Shown in pieces: positions 9,444-17,115 of a stretch of DNA of 34,462 nt. Each line of letters opens with the position of its first letter. Positions within the stretch are counted from its first letter, which is position 1. The notes below the pieces were generated by a model that saw nothing but the letters and a program-made list of their open reading frames with translations, ran no database searches and was not told the origin of the DNA. The stretch covers positions 1 through 34,462 of the forward strand of contig JAISQU010000003.1 in assembly GCA_031274005.1 (NCBI GenBank), written 5' to 3'. The DNA is from Spirochaetales bacterium. GTDB taxonomy: Bacteria > Spirochaetota > Spirochaetia > DTKZ01. Position numbers and translations under genes: made by a program.

Positions 9444-10221
9444 CTTCCGGAGATTCCGGGGAAGCCGACATAAGATCCTTCAGCCGCCGCGTCAAATCCT
9501 TGGCGGACAAATCGTACAAAAGATTGCCCTCATAGGCCAAAGACATGGCCCCTGTCTCTTCCGACACAATCAGTATCACCGCGTCGCTTTCTTCCGCCAT
9601 GCCCAGGGCCGCCCTGTGCCGTGTTCCGAAGCTCCGCCGTATATCCGCCTGATCCGACAAAGGCAAAAAACAGCCCGCGGCGACAATTCTGCCCCGCTCA
9701 ATGATAACCGCGCCGTCATGCAAAGCCGTATCAAAAGCGAAAATCGTCAAAAGCAGCGCCGAAGAAATCTCCGCGTCAAGCCGCGTCCCCGAATCAATAT
9801 AATTTTTAATCCCCACCTGCCGCGGCATCACGATAAGCGCGCCCCGCCTTCGCGCCGAAAGCACCTCCGCCGCGCTCACAAGCGCCTCAAACTGAATGGA
9901 AGAATCCTGATGGGAAAACTTAAACCAGTCCCCCTGCCCAATGCGCGTAAAAATCTTCCGCAGTTCCGGCTGAAAAATAATCGCAAGGCCGATAACCATA
10001 CCGGGTACCATAAGATTCAGCACCCATAAAAGCGTCCGCAGGTTAAAAAAGAACGCCGCTCCGTAAATCAGCACAATAAGAGCAACGCCCTTGACAAGCT
10101 GCACAGCCTTTGTCTGCACAAGAATCTGATAGCTCTTGTACAAAAGAAACGCCAAAATCAGAATGTCCAGCCCCGGCAGGACTATATCACGAATGACCTG
10201 CGTTGTAGTGTTCCAGTTCAA
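9403..10221 (-). CDS. cdaA: Membrane-bound diadenylate cyclase CdaA (c-di-AMP synthase)
   Basis: Three N-terminal TM helices, then DAC-domain motifs HDGAVII, GTRHRAALGMAE and LIVSEETG. The only in-frame start that keeps the TM region is TTG at 10221, preceded by the purine-rich gagaggga. Confidence 0.85.
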   Translation of the reverse strand: MNWNTTTQVIRDIVLPGLDILILAFLLYKSYQILVQTKAVQLVKGVALIVLIYGAAFFFNLRTLLWVLNLMVPGMVIGLAIIFQPELRKIFTRIGQGDWFKFSHQDSSIQFEALVSAAEVLSARRRGALIVMPRQVGIKNYIDSGTRLDAEISSALLLTIFAFDTALHDGAVIIERGRIVAAGCFLPLSDQADIRRSFGTRHRAALGMAEESDAVILIVSEETGAMSLAYEGNLLYDLSAKDLTRRLKDLMSASPESPEDAQAAGEVAFVEK

Positions 10222-10435
10222 AAAAATTTCCCTCTCGACATAATATATCGGATTATAACAGATACCGGGAAAGAAAATCTACTTCAATTCGGAACTTTGG
10301 GTGCAAGTCTATTGTAGAACAAACAGGCCGCGGGGTATATTAGAAGCCTGACTTCTCATGAATAAAGGAGGCGCGGCATGCGCCTGAGGCGGGTAATATA
10401 CATTTTGTGCGCGGCGGCGGCCAGGACGGAAAATC

Positions 10436-11098
10436 ATGAGTGATGAAAAAAAATCCCCTTTGACGGCGCTCGGCGACACAGCCGGGCAGGGCCTGAAAAT
10501 TGCCGCGCTTGTTCTGGCGCTGGTATTTCTTTTTTTGATTCCTAATCTTGTGTGCATAGGCTTCGGCATAGCGGCCCTGATCAAGGTCGGGATAACAACA
10601 CGGATTATAGTATTTTTTGTTCTGATTATTCTTGCCGCCGCGGGGGCCTGCCTTACGGCCTTCTTTTTTACCTACGAGTATTTTCTTGTTGATACCCTGA
10701 GAATAATCTACGCCTACCTTGTTCCCGTTTTCCGCCTTATCTGCGCCGCGCTGGCAAAGCGCATCGCCGCGGGAAATACCGGAATCATCAAAAAAGGTTA
10801 CGACTGGTCCGAAAGCATAGCCGATTCTTTTCAGAAAACATACAACCGCAGGACGCCGCGGCTTATCCGCATAGCCATACGCTTTATTCTGGAACAGATT
10901 CCCTTCGCCGACATCATGTATCATGTTTCCATAGACGCGAGCGCCACGGATACCGAAGCCCTGGGCGCGTCCATTTATACACAGTTTGACGCATACCTTC
11001 ACACGCGGTTTTTTGATGAGAATACAATGAAATGGGTTCTGTGGTTTCTGCCGCTGAACATAGCCCTTCAGATATTGCTGATTTGGCTCATGCGCTAA
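10436..11098 (+). CDS. Hypothetical integral membrane protein
   Basis: 220-aa ORF with ATG start after aggacgga. Several long hydrophobic segments (IAALVLALVFLFLIPNLVCIGFGIAALI, IIVFFVLIILAAAGACLTAFFF, WVLWFLPLNIALQILLIWL). Ends 4 nt before mnmE. Confidence 0.6.
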   Translation: MSDEKKSPLTALGDTAGQGLKIAALVLALVFLFLIPNLVCIGFGIAALIKVGITTRIIVFFVLIILAAAGACLTAFFFTYEYFLVDTLRIIYAYLVPVFRLICAALAKRIAAGNTGIIKKGYDWSESIADSFQKTYNRRTPRLIRIAIRFILEQIPFADIMYHVSIDASATDTEALGASIYTQFDAYLHTRFFDENTMKWVLWFLPLNIALQILLIWLMR

Positions 11099-11102
11099 AA
11101 AA

Positions 11103-12500
11103 ATGACTCACGGTATTCCCGCCTATACTACGGATGACTGCATCGCCGCCCTCGCTACAGCCTGGGGGCGAAGCGCGCTTGCCATTATACGTGCCTCGGG
11201 CCAGGGCAGCGTGGAACGCCTTGCGCCCGCTTTCAGCCGGCCGGAAAAGCTGCGCGCCGCGCGGGAAACAGAACTGCTGCACGGCCTTATCAGGGACCCT
11301 GCGAGCGGTGAGGCTGTTGACGAGGTTATGCTGAGCGTTTTCCGCGATGGCGCGGGTTACACAGGCGAGGAGGCTTTTGAGATTTACTGCCACGGGAGCC
11401 TGCCGGGAATACGGCGCATTCTTGAGCTTCTTGGCGGTCTGGGCTTCAGGCAGGCGCAGCCGGGGGAGTTTACCTATCGCGCTTTTTGCAACGGCAAGAT
11501 GGATTTGACCCGCGCGGAGGCTGTGGAGGAGATCATCGCCGCGCGAACCGGCAAGGCTCACTGTCTCGCCCTGCACAGGCTGGCCGGGGGCGTCGAGAGG
11601 AGAATAAACGAGGCGAAAACCCTGCTCGCGGAAACCCTCGCCGGTATTGAAATCCGGCTGGACTATCCTGAGGAGGACGCTCCCGATTCCGCGCCGGACT
11701 CCCCTCTTTCGTCGTCCCCCGCGCGGGCAGAAGAAATTCTTGACCGGCTTTTGGCAAGTTATACGGAAGGCCGCCTGTATCAGGAAGGCGTACGCGTCGC
11801 CCTCGCGGGCAGACCCAACGCGGGCAAATCTTCTTTGTTCAATTTATTTCTGAAAGAAGAACGCTCCATTGTTTGCGAAGAACCAGGGACAACACGCGAC
11901 TACATAGAAGCCCTTATTCCGCTGGCGGGAATTCCCGTAAAGCTCTACGACACGGCGGGACTGCGCAGTCCGGACGGCCCTGCCGAAGCCGAGGGGGTAC
12001 GCCGCAGCCGCCTGCTTCTGGATTCGGCCGACCTTGTACTGTATCTTGTGGACGCGTCGCAGGCGGACGGTTTTCGCATGTCCGCCGCGGATGGAGAAAA
12101 TATACGACGGCTCGGCGTCCGCGGCCTTGCGGTGTGGAACAAAATCGACGCCGCGCCCAGGCTTCCCGCGGGCCGCGGCTGTGCGGGCGGCCTTCCGGGA
12201 ATCAGCGCCCGCACGGGAGAGGGCATTCCCGAACTTTTGTCCGCGCTTGAAAAGAGGCTTGCGCCGCGGCAGGCCCTGTCCGGGGACGAACCGCTTACAG
12301 GGTCTTTACGGCAGCGGGACCTTCTGGAGAAAAGCCTTACCGCCATCCGGCGTTTCCGTTCCCGCGAAGAAAAATATCCCCTCGACATCCTTGCCGAAGA
12401 CATACGCGAAGCCCTGTCCGCCCTTGGTGAAATTACCGGCGAAGTTACAACAGAAGAAATGCTCGCCCTCATGTTCTCGCGTTTCTGTGTGGGGAAGTGA
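11103..12500 (+). CDS. mnmE: tRNA modification GTPase MnmE (TrmE)
   Basis: G-domain motifs GRPNAGKSSLFN, DTAGLR and NKID. Hallmark C-terminal FCVGK. 465 aa. Confidence 0.9.
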   Translation: MTHGIPAYTTDDCIAALATAWGRSALAIIRASGQGSVERLAPAFSRPEKLRAARETELLHGLIRDPASGEAVDEVMLSVFRDGAGYTGEEAFEIYCHGSLPGIRRILELLGGLGFRQAQPGEFTYRAFCNGKMDLTRAEAVEEIIAARTGKAHCLALHRLAGGVERRINEAKTLLAETLAGIEIRLDYPEEDAPDSAPDSPLSSSPARAEEILDRLLASYTEGRLYQEGVRVALAGRPNAGKSSLFNLFLKEERSIVCEEPGTTRDYIEALIPLAGIPVKLYDTAGLRSPDGPAEAEGVRRSRLLLDSADLVLYLVDASQADGFRMSAADGENIRRLGVRGLAVWNKIDAAPRLPAGRGCAGGLPGISARTGEGIPELLSALEKRLAPRQALSGDEPLTGSLRQRDLLEKSLTAIRRFRSREEKYPLDILAEDIREALSALGEITGEVTTEEMLALMFSRFCVGK

Positions 12501-12520
12501 ACAGATATATACAGATAACA

Positions 12521-12753
12521 GAGCCGGTTCCAAAATGAAAACCGTAATCATTCGTGCGCATTTTTTGCGGCTTCGCCGCAAAAAACCGGGCTTTTCGGGG
12601 GTTCCGCCCAGTAGACTACAAGCCGTAAAAATCAGACCTGAAAAATTGCAAAGCAATTTTGTAAGCGTCTTTACACAAAACGGACGCTCGCGCCCCTTCA
12701 ATCCCATTGCGCCCCGCGGGCTTAAAAAAATGGTTTCATTTTGGAACCGGCTC
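12521..12753 (+). mobile_element. MITE-like non-autonomous element (terminal inverted repeats, internal hairpins, no ORF)
   Basis: gagccggttccaaaatgaaaacc (12521-12543) is the reverse complement of ggtttcattttggaaccggctc (12732-12753) apart from a 1-nt indel. It is flanked by the direct repeat acagataaca (12511-12520 and 12755-12764). The interior has an 11-bp hairpin ttttttgcggc/gccgcaaaaaa (12561-12585) and further hairpins. A related truncated copy lies at 1-148. Confidence 0.55.
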
Positions 12754-12793
12754 AACAGATAACAGAGCAAGATTTGCCTTTCTTCACTCTGTT

Positions 12794-13005
12794 CTCGCAA
12801 TTGCGATACATTCAGGCATAGCGTTTTTTTGTACGCGCCACTGGTGACTCTCACCGCAATTTCCACCCGCCTTGCGGCGGGAACACAATCACGGAAATAT
12901 GCGGAAAGGAGATAGCCCGGAAGTGCAATTGCTTCGCAATTGCGTTGTAACCGGGAGTTTCGTTTTCCCGCCTGAAGCGCACTGGAGACATTCACCGCAA
13001 TTTCC
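12794..13005 (+). repeat. Two diverged direct repeat units (about 70 nt each, about 140-nt period), each ending in the box caccgcaatttcc followed by a different GC-rich hairpin
   Basis: Unit 1 is 12794-12864 (ctcgcaattgcg...gcgccactggtgactctcaccgcaatttcc). Unit 2 is 12932-13005 (cttcgcaattgcg...gcgcactggagacattcaccgcaatttcc). The hairpins that follow are cccgcc-ttgc-ggcggg (12866-12881) and a 17-bp stem (13009-13046). Confidence 0.6.
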
Positions 13006-13008
13006 GGG

Positions 13009-13059
13009 GCCGAGATGCGGTTCGCCTATGCGAACCGCATCTCGGCTACTTGATTTTTC
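13009..13059 (+). terminator. Strong hairpin plus T-tract (intrinsic-terminator-like), insulating deaD from upstream transcription
   Basis: Perfect 17-bp stem gccgagatgcggttcgc / gcgaaccgcatctcggc with loop ctat (13009-13046), followed by tacttgattttt. Confidence 0.5.
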
Positions 13060-13079
13060 GAAAGGAAAACGGGTATACT
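13050..13079 (+). promoter_or_regulatory. Candidate sigma-70 promoter of the deaD operon
   Basis: TTGATT (13050-13055), 18-nt spacer, TATACT (13074-13079), about 40 nt upstream of the deaD ATG. RBS aaagga at 13110. Confidence 0.4.
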
Positions 13080-13120
13080 GCGAGTCTTCGTTTTACGCTA
13101 TTTAATATTAAAGGACACAC

Positions 13121-14809
13121 ATGAATCAATTTGAAGAACTTGGACTTTCTCCGGTTTCCCTGGAAGCCCTCAAACTGAAGGGTTTTGAGGAGCCGACGGA
13201 AATTCAGGAAAAAATTATTCCCCTGGTTTTGAACGGGGACAAGGATATTATCGGCCAGGCCCAAACCGGAACCGGCAAGACGGCGGCCTTTGGGCTGCCT
13301 ATTCTGGACAGGCTCGCGCCGAAACCAAAAACCGTGCAGGCCCTCATTTTAACTCCCACGCGGGAGCTGGCGGTGCAGGTGGCGGAGGAGCTTAATTCCC
13401 TGCGCGGCGAGCGAAACATCGCTATTCTGCCCGTATACGGCGGGCAGTTTATCGGCCAGCAGATAAAACGCATCAGGGATGGCGCGCAGATCATAGTGGG
13501 TACGCCGGGGCGGATCATCGACCACCTTGAGCGGAAAACCCTCAACTTTGACGGGCTGTCTTTTCTCGTCCTTGATGAGGCGGACGAGATGCTCAACATG
13601 GGTTTTATCGACGACATTAAGCGCATCCTCGAAAGCACGCCGGCCGGGCGCAGGATGCTTTTGTTTTCCGCGACCATGCCCGCGCCCATACGCAAGGTCG
13701 CCGAGACCTATATGGGCGAGTATGAGCATGTGCGCATAGAAAAGACTACAGAGACGGTTTCGCTGACCGAGCAAATTTATTTTGAGGTATACGAGCAGGA
13801 CAAGTTTGAGGCCCTGTGCCGCATTATCGATATGGAAGAGGCTTTTTACGGCCTTGTGTTCTGCCGCACCCGCATAGGCGTTGACGAGCTTGTGCGGAAA
13901 CTCGGCGAGCGCAGCTATATCGCCGAAGGTCTGCATGGCGACATAGGCCAGGCCCAGCGGGAACTTATCCTTGGGCGCTTTCGCAAAAGGCGCAGCAATA
14001 TTCTTGTGGCGACCGATGTGGCGGCGCGGGGCATAGACATTACGGGGCTTTCGCATGTTATCAATTATTCCCTGCCTCAGGAGGCGGAAAGTTACATACA
14101 CCGTATAGGCAGAACCGGAAGGGCGGGCAGCGAGGGAACGGCCGTCACGTTTGTAACGCCTTCTGAATACAGAAAGCTCATGCAGCTAAAACGCTTTACC
14201 CGAGCCGACATACGGCGTGAGGACATTCCCGGCGTTGACGCTGTGATTGGCGCGAAAAAAGACAGGCTGCTGAAAGCTGTTCAGAATCTGCCCTCGCCGG
14301 ATGGGGAGTACAGGGCCATGGCCGCGCAGCTTCTGGAAGGCCAGACGCCGGGCGATATTCTTGCCTCCGTGCTGGCCTACGCCTTTGCCGGCGCGCTGGA
14401 TACAAGCAAGTATATGGGCATAAAAGAAATCAAAAAGCGCGATTCGGTGGACCGCGCCGGAAAATCGCGGATCAACATCCGCCTGGGCAGAAAGGACGGC
14501 GCCACAAAACGCTTTCTGGCGGATCTTATTGAAAGGGAGGCGGGCGTGCCTTCCCGCGAGATTCAAAACATCGAAGTCTTTGATTCCTATTCATTTTTAA
14601 CCGTGCCCTTCGGGGCCGCGGAAAAGATACTCAAAGTTTTCCGCGCCAAAACCAGGGGAGACGCGCCTTTGGTGAAAATCCTCTACGAAAAAGGAAAGCC
14701 GGGAAAAGAGAAACCCGGGAAAAGCGTAAAAAAACGGCTCACCGGGAAAAGACCGGAGGGGAAGAGCGGCGGCAAAAGGAATAAACCGGGAAAGCAGTCT
14801 CCGCAATGA
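13121..14809 (+). CDS. deaD: DEAD-box ATP-dependent RNA helicase (DeaD/CsdA-like) with DbpA-type C-terminal RNA-binding domain and Lys/Gly-rich tail
   Basis: Q-motif region, AQTGTGKTAAF (motif I), PTRELA, VLDEADEM (DEAD), SAT and HRIGRTGRAG (motif VI). The C-terminal segment INIRLGRKDGATKRFLADLIE... resembles a DbpA domain. Confidence 0.9.
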   Translation: MNQFEELGLSPVSLEALKLKGFEEPTEIQEKIIPLVLNGDKDIIGQAQTGTGKTAAFGLPILDRLAPKPKTVQALILTPTRELAVQVAEELNSLRGERNIAILPVYGGQFIGQQIKRIRDGAQIIVGTPGRIIDHLERKTLNFDGLSFLVLDEADEMLNMGFIDDIKRILESTPAGRRMLLFSATMPAPIRKVAETYMGEYEHVRIEKTTETVSLTEQIYFEVYEQDKFEALCRIIDMEEAFYGLVFCRTRIGVDELVRKLGERSYIAEGLHGDIGQAQRELILGRFRKRRSNILVATDVAARGIDITGLSHVINYSLPQEAESYIHRIGRTGRAGSEGTAVTFVTPSEYRKLMQLKRFTRADIRREDIPGVDAVIGAKKDRLLKAVQNLPSPDGEYRAMAAQLLEGQTPGDILASVLAYAFAGALDTSKYMGIKEIKKRDSVDRAGKSRINIRLGRKDGATKRFLADLIEREAGVPSREIQNIEVFDSYSFLTVPFGAAEKILKVFRAKTRGDAPLVKILYEKGKPGKEKPGKSVKKRLTGKRPEGKSGGKRNKPGKQSPQ

Positions 14810-15357
14810 CCCTTTCCCTCATTGCCGCGCGGGACAGCCGGGGTCTTATCGGTTGTAAGAACACCATCCCCTGGGACATACCGGAGGACAGGGCGTACTT
14901 CCGGGAAACGACCTGGGGCAAAACGGTCGTTATGGGCCGGCGTACAGCCGAATCCCTGGGGGGGCCCCTGCCGGGACGGGCCAACGCGGTCCTTTCCCGC
15001 GGAGGAGCCTTCCGGGGGGAAGGGCTGCGAATCTTTTCAAACCTTGAAGAATTTCTTGCCGCCTTCGAAAACCACGCGGAAGAAATTTTTGTTATCGGCG
15101 GGGCGCAAATCTACGGGCTTTTTATGCCCTTGGCGGCGAAAATGTATCTTACCGATATAGAATCCTCTTTTGAGGGCGACGCATGGTTTCCGGCCTTCCC
15201 GCCGGGAGACTGGCGGGAAGGCCCCTCCCGCGGGGGAAAGTCCGCGGCCTCGGGAACGGGCTTTACTTTCCGGGTTTTCATCCGGGCCGCCGCATACAGG
15301 AATGCGTCCGCCTCTTCTCCCTCAGCGCCCCTCTTTACATGCCCGCCGCGCCTGTGA
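14806..15357 (+). CDS. folA: Dihydrofolate reductase with about 28-aa low-complexity C-terminal extension
   Basis: LIAARDSRGLIGCKNTIPWDIPEDRAYFRETTWGKTVVMGRRTAESLG..PLPGRANAVLSR and VIGGAQIY. ATGA overlap with the deaD stop. Confidence 0.85.
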   Translation: MTLSLIAARDSRGLIGCKNTIPWDIPEDRAYFRETTWGKTVVMGRRTAESLGGPLPGRANAVLSRGGAFRGEGLRIFSNLEEFLAAFENHAEEIFVIGGAQIYGLFMPLAAKMYLTDIESSFEGDAWFPAFPPGDWREGPSRGGKSAASGTGFTFRVFIRAAAYRNASASSPSAPLFTCPPRL

Positions 15358-15416
15358 TACGAATTTAACGGCCGCCCGGATACAGGGCCGGTACATTGCA
15401 GGCGCGAGGTAAAAGC

Positions 15417-16547
15417 ATGGCGGAATTTTTTCAAAACCTTTTAACAGCCCTGGCTGTTGTTGTAAACGGCATCCCTCAGGGGCTTTTGGCCCTGGGCTAC
15501 GGGTTCGCGGCCTTTCCCACGGCTGTCGCCTTTCTTATAGGAATCGCGGGTTCCCTTGGTTTTCAATCCGTGGCGACTATTTCCTTTCAGGCCGAGACAA
15601 TCACTCTGGCGGGTTCCCTGGGGGCGACCGTCAAGGAAAGGCTTTCCCTGGTTTTCTGGGGCGCCGCCCTGCTTCTTGTCCCCTCGCTTTTGGGGCTGAA
15701 CGAGGTTATCGTCGCCTACATAGGAAACGTCATCATGTTTGCCATGATGGCCGGGGTGGGCCTTATGCTTGCCAACGTAGCCATTGACCTTCTCAAGTCC
15801 GAGTATTACTCGGGGAGCGTATCGGTGGTAAGCGCCCTTATCGTATGGTTTATTACGAAAGATTTGGCAAAAACGATTATTGTTTCCGTGGCCGTGGCAA
15901 CCATCGTTTACCTTATTATCCGGCGGCGTCCCGCCCTCAAAGAAAAGCTGGCCTCCGGTTCCGGTATGCTCAAAGTCGATTCCGGCCGGGAAAGATTTAC
16001 CCTGGGCAATATCGAATGGAAGTTTTGGAAAAGCCGGACCATAGTCCTGGGCGCTCTTTCCCTCGCGTGCCTCAACATAGGCGCGAATATCAGTTTCGGA
16101 AAAATCACAGGCGGCATCGCGGGGGTCAATACGAACATAGACCACCTTGCCGTTTATTCCAGCCTCGCGGACATGGGTTCCGCCCTTTTCGGCGGCGGCC
16201 CGGTGGAATCAATTATATCGGGAACGGCCACCGCGCCCAACGCTCTTCTCGCCTCCGTTCTTATGATGGGACTCATGGCCCTTATCCTGTTTTTAAAACT
16301 CCTGCCTGTTATCGGCCGCTTCGTGCATAAGTCGAGCATAGCGGGCTTCCTTTTTGTTCTTGGCGCTTTCGTAACCTTCGCGGGCAATATCGCGGACAGC
16401 ATCGCCGCGGCGGGCAGCGTTGCCGGGCCTTTCGGGTTCGCGCCGCAGGGCATGGTTATAGGCGCCGTGGTTGTTGTAACCGCCAGGTTCAATCCCTTCT
16501 TCGGCATGATCGCCGGAGTTATCGTTAAACTGGTTTTTGGCCTTTAG
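15417..16547 (+). CDS. Polytopic membrane permease; nucleobase substrate suggested only by the adjacent phosphoribosyltransferase
   Basis: About 10-12 hydrophobic helices over 376 aa. ATG at 15417 with gaggt 7 nt upstream is preferred over the ORF-track TTG at 15396. No family signature that I can name with certainty. Confidence 0.6.
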   Translation: MAEFFQNLLTALAVVVNGIPQGLLALGYGFAAFPTAVAFLIGIAGSLGFQSVATISFQAETITLAGSLGATVKERLSLVFWGAALLLVPSLLGLNEVIVAYIGNVIMFAMMAGVGLMLANVAIDLLKSEYYSGSVSVVSALIVWFITKDLAKTIIVSVAVATIVYLIIRRRPALKEKLASGSGMLKVDSGRERFTLGNIEWKFWKSRTIVLGALSLACLNIGANISFGKITGGIAGVNTNIDHLAVYSSLADMGSALFGGGPVESIISGTATAPNALLASVLMMGLMALILFLKLLPVIGRFVHKSSIAGFLFVLGAFVTFAGNIADSIAAAGSVAGPFGFAPQGMVIGAVVVVTARFNPFFGMIAGVIVKLVFGL

Positions 16548-16557
16548 GGGGCGCACG

Positions 16558-17109
16558 ATGAACGAATTTTACACTTTGCGTGTGGCCGGCCTTACACGCA
16601 GCCTGCCCAAAATAAAAATATCCGACAAGCTGGCAATCGCGAGCTTCGTTATGCTTGGCGATACGGAGCTTGTGGAAAAAACGGCCCTCGCCATTTACGA
16701 GCACGCGGATTTTCCCCGCTACGATATAGATATTCTTGTGTGCCCGGAAGCCAAGGCCATTCCCCTGACGCAGGTGCTGGCAAACCTCCTGCATGTCAAC
16801 TACATCGTGGCACGCAAATCGGTAAAATCGTATATGAAGGACCCGGTTATAGAATCGGTAAAATCCATTACCACCGCGGGCGAACAGCTCCTTGTTCTGA
16901 ACGGCTTCGATGTGGAAAAAATCCGGGGCCGCAATGTGTGTATTGTTGACGATGTTGTTTCAACAGGAGGGTCCATCAAAGCCCTGGAAGGGCTGCTGCT
17001 GAAAACCGGCTGCAAGGTCGTCGCGAAAACCGCCGTCCTTCTTGAGGAAGCGGGCTACGCCGGAGACGATCTTGTGTATCTGGAAAAACTGCCTGTTTTC
17101 CCGCTGTGA
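16558..17109 (+). CDS. Type I phosphoribosyltransferase (Xpt/Apt-like purine PRTase)
   Basis: PRPP-binding motif VCIVDDVVSTGGSIKAL and overall Xpt-like layout (ILVCPEAKAIPL...ARK). ATG at 16558 preceded by aggggg. The ORF-track start at 16537 is TTG. Confidence 0.75.
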   Translation: MNEFYTLRVAGLTRSLPKIKISDKLAIASFVMLGDTELVEKTALAIYEHADFPRYDIDILVCPEAKAIPLTQVLANLLHVNYIVARKSVKSYMKDPVIESVKSITTAGEQLLVLNGFDVEKIRGRNVCIVDDVVSTGGSIKALEGLLLKTGCKVVAKTAVLLEEAGYAGDDLVYLEKLPVFPL

Positions 17110-17115
17110 CTTCTT

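Noticed and set aside
12521-12753. Retron msr/msd-like or 6S-like RNA (long terminal inverted repeats enclosing a structured region)
   Set aside because: No reverse transcriptase ORF lies nearby. The interior folds into several independent hairpins rather than one extended 6S-type helix. The flanking direct repeat fits a transposition footprint better.
12034-12995. Two long ORFs (242 aa on + and 229 aa on -) spanning the mnmE 3-prime end and the intergenic repeats
   Set aside because: They run through the terminal inverted repeats and hairpins, and one is an alternative frame of mnmE. The translations are Arg/Pro/Gly-rich low complexity with no RBS, typical shadow ORFs of GC-rich DNA.
12794-13046. 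CRISPR-like look of repeated caccgcaatttcc boxes separated by unique sequence
   Set aside because: There are only two units, and repeat identity is high only over about 14-30 nt. Spacing and unit structure do not fit a CRISPR array, and no cas genes or leader are present in the window.
12872-13105. 77-aa ORF upstream of deaD
   Set aside because: It is composed of the repeat units and the 17-bp palindrome (both arms are translated). It has no convincing RBS, and the region is better explained as a non-coding repeat, terminator and promoter.
16778-16794. Sigma-54 -24/-12-like sequence tggcaaacctcctgcat (GG-N10-GC)
   Set aside because: It lies inside the phosphoribosyltransferase coding sequence with no gene start downstream and matches only the minimal GG/GC spacing. 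A similar weak match near 20417 is also intragenic.
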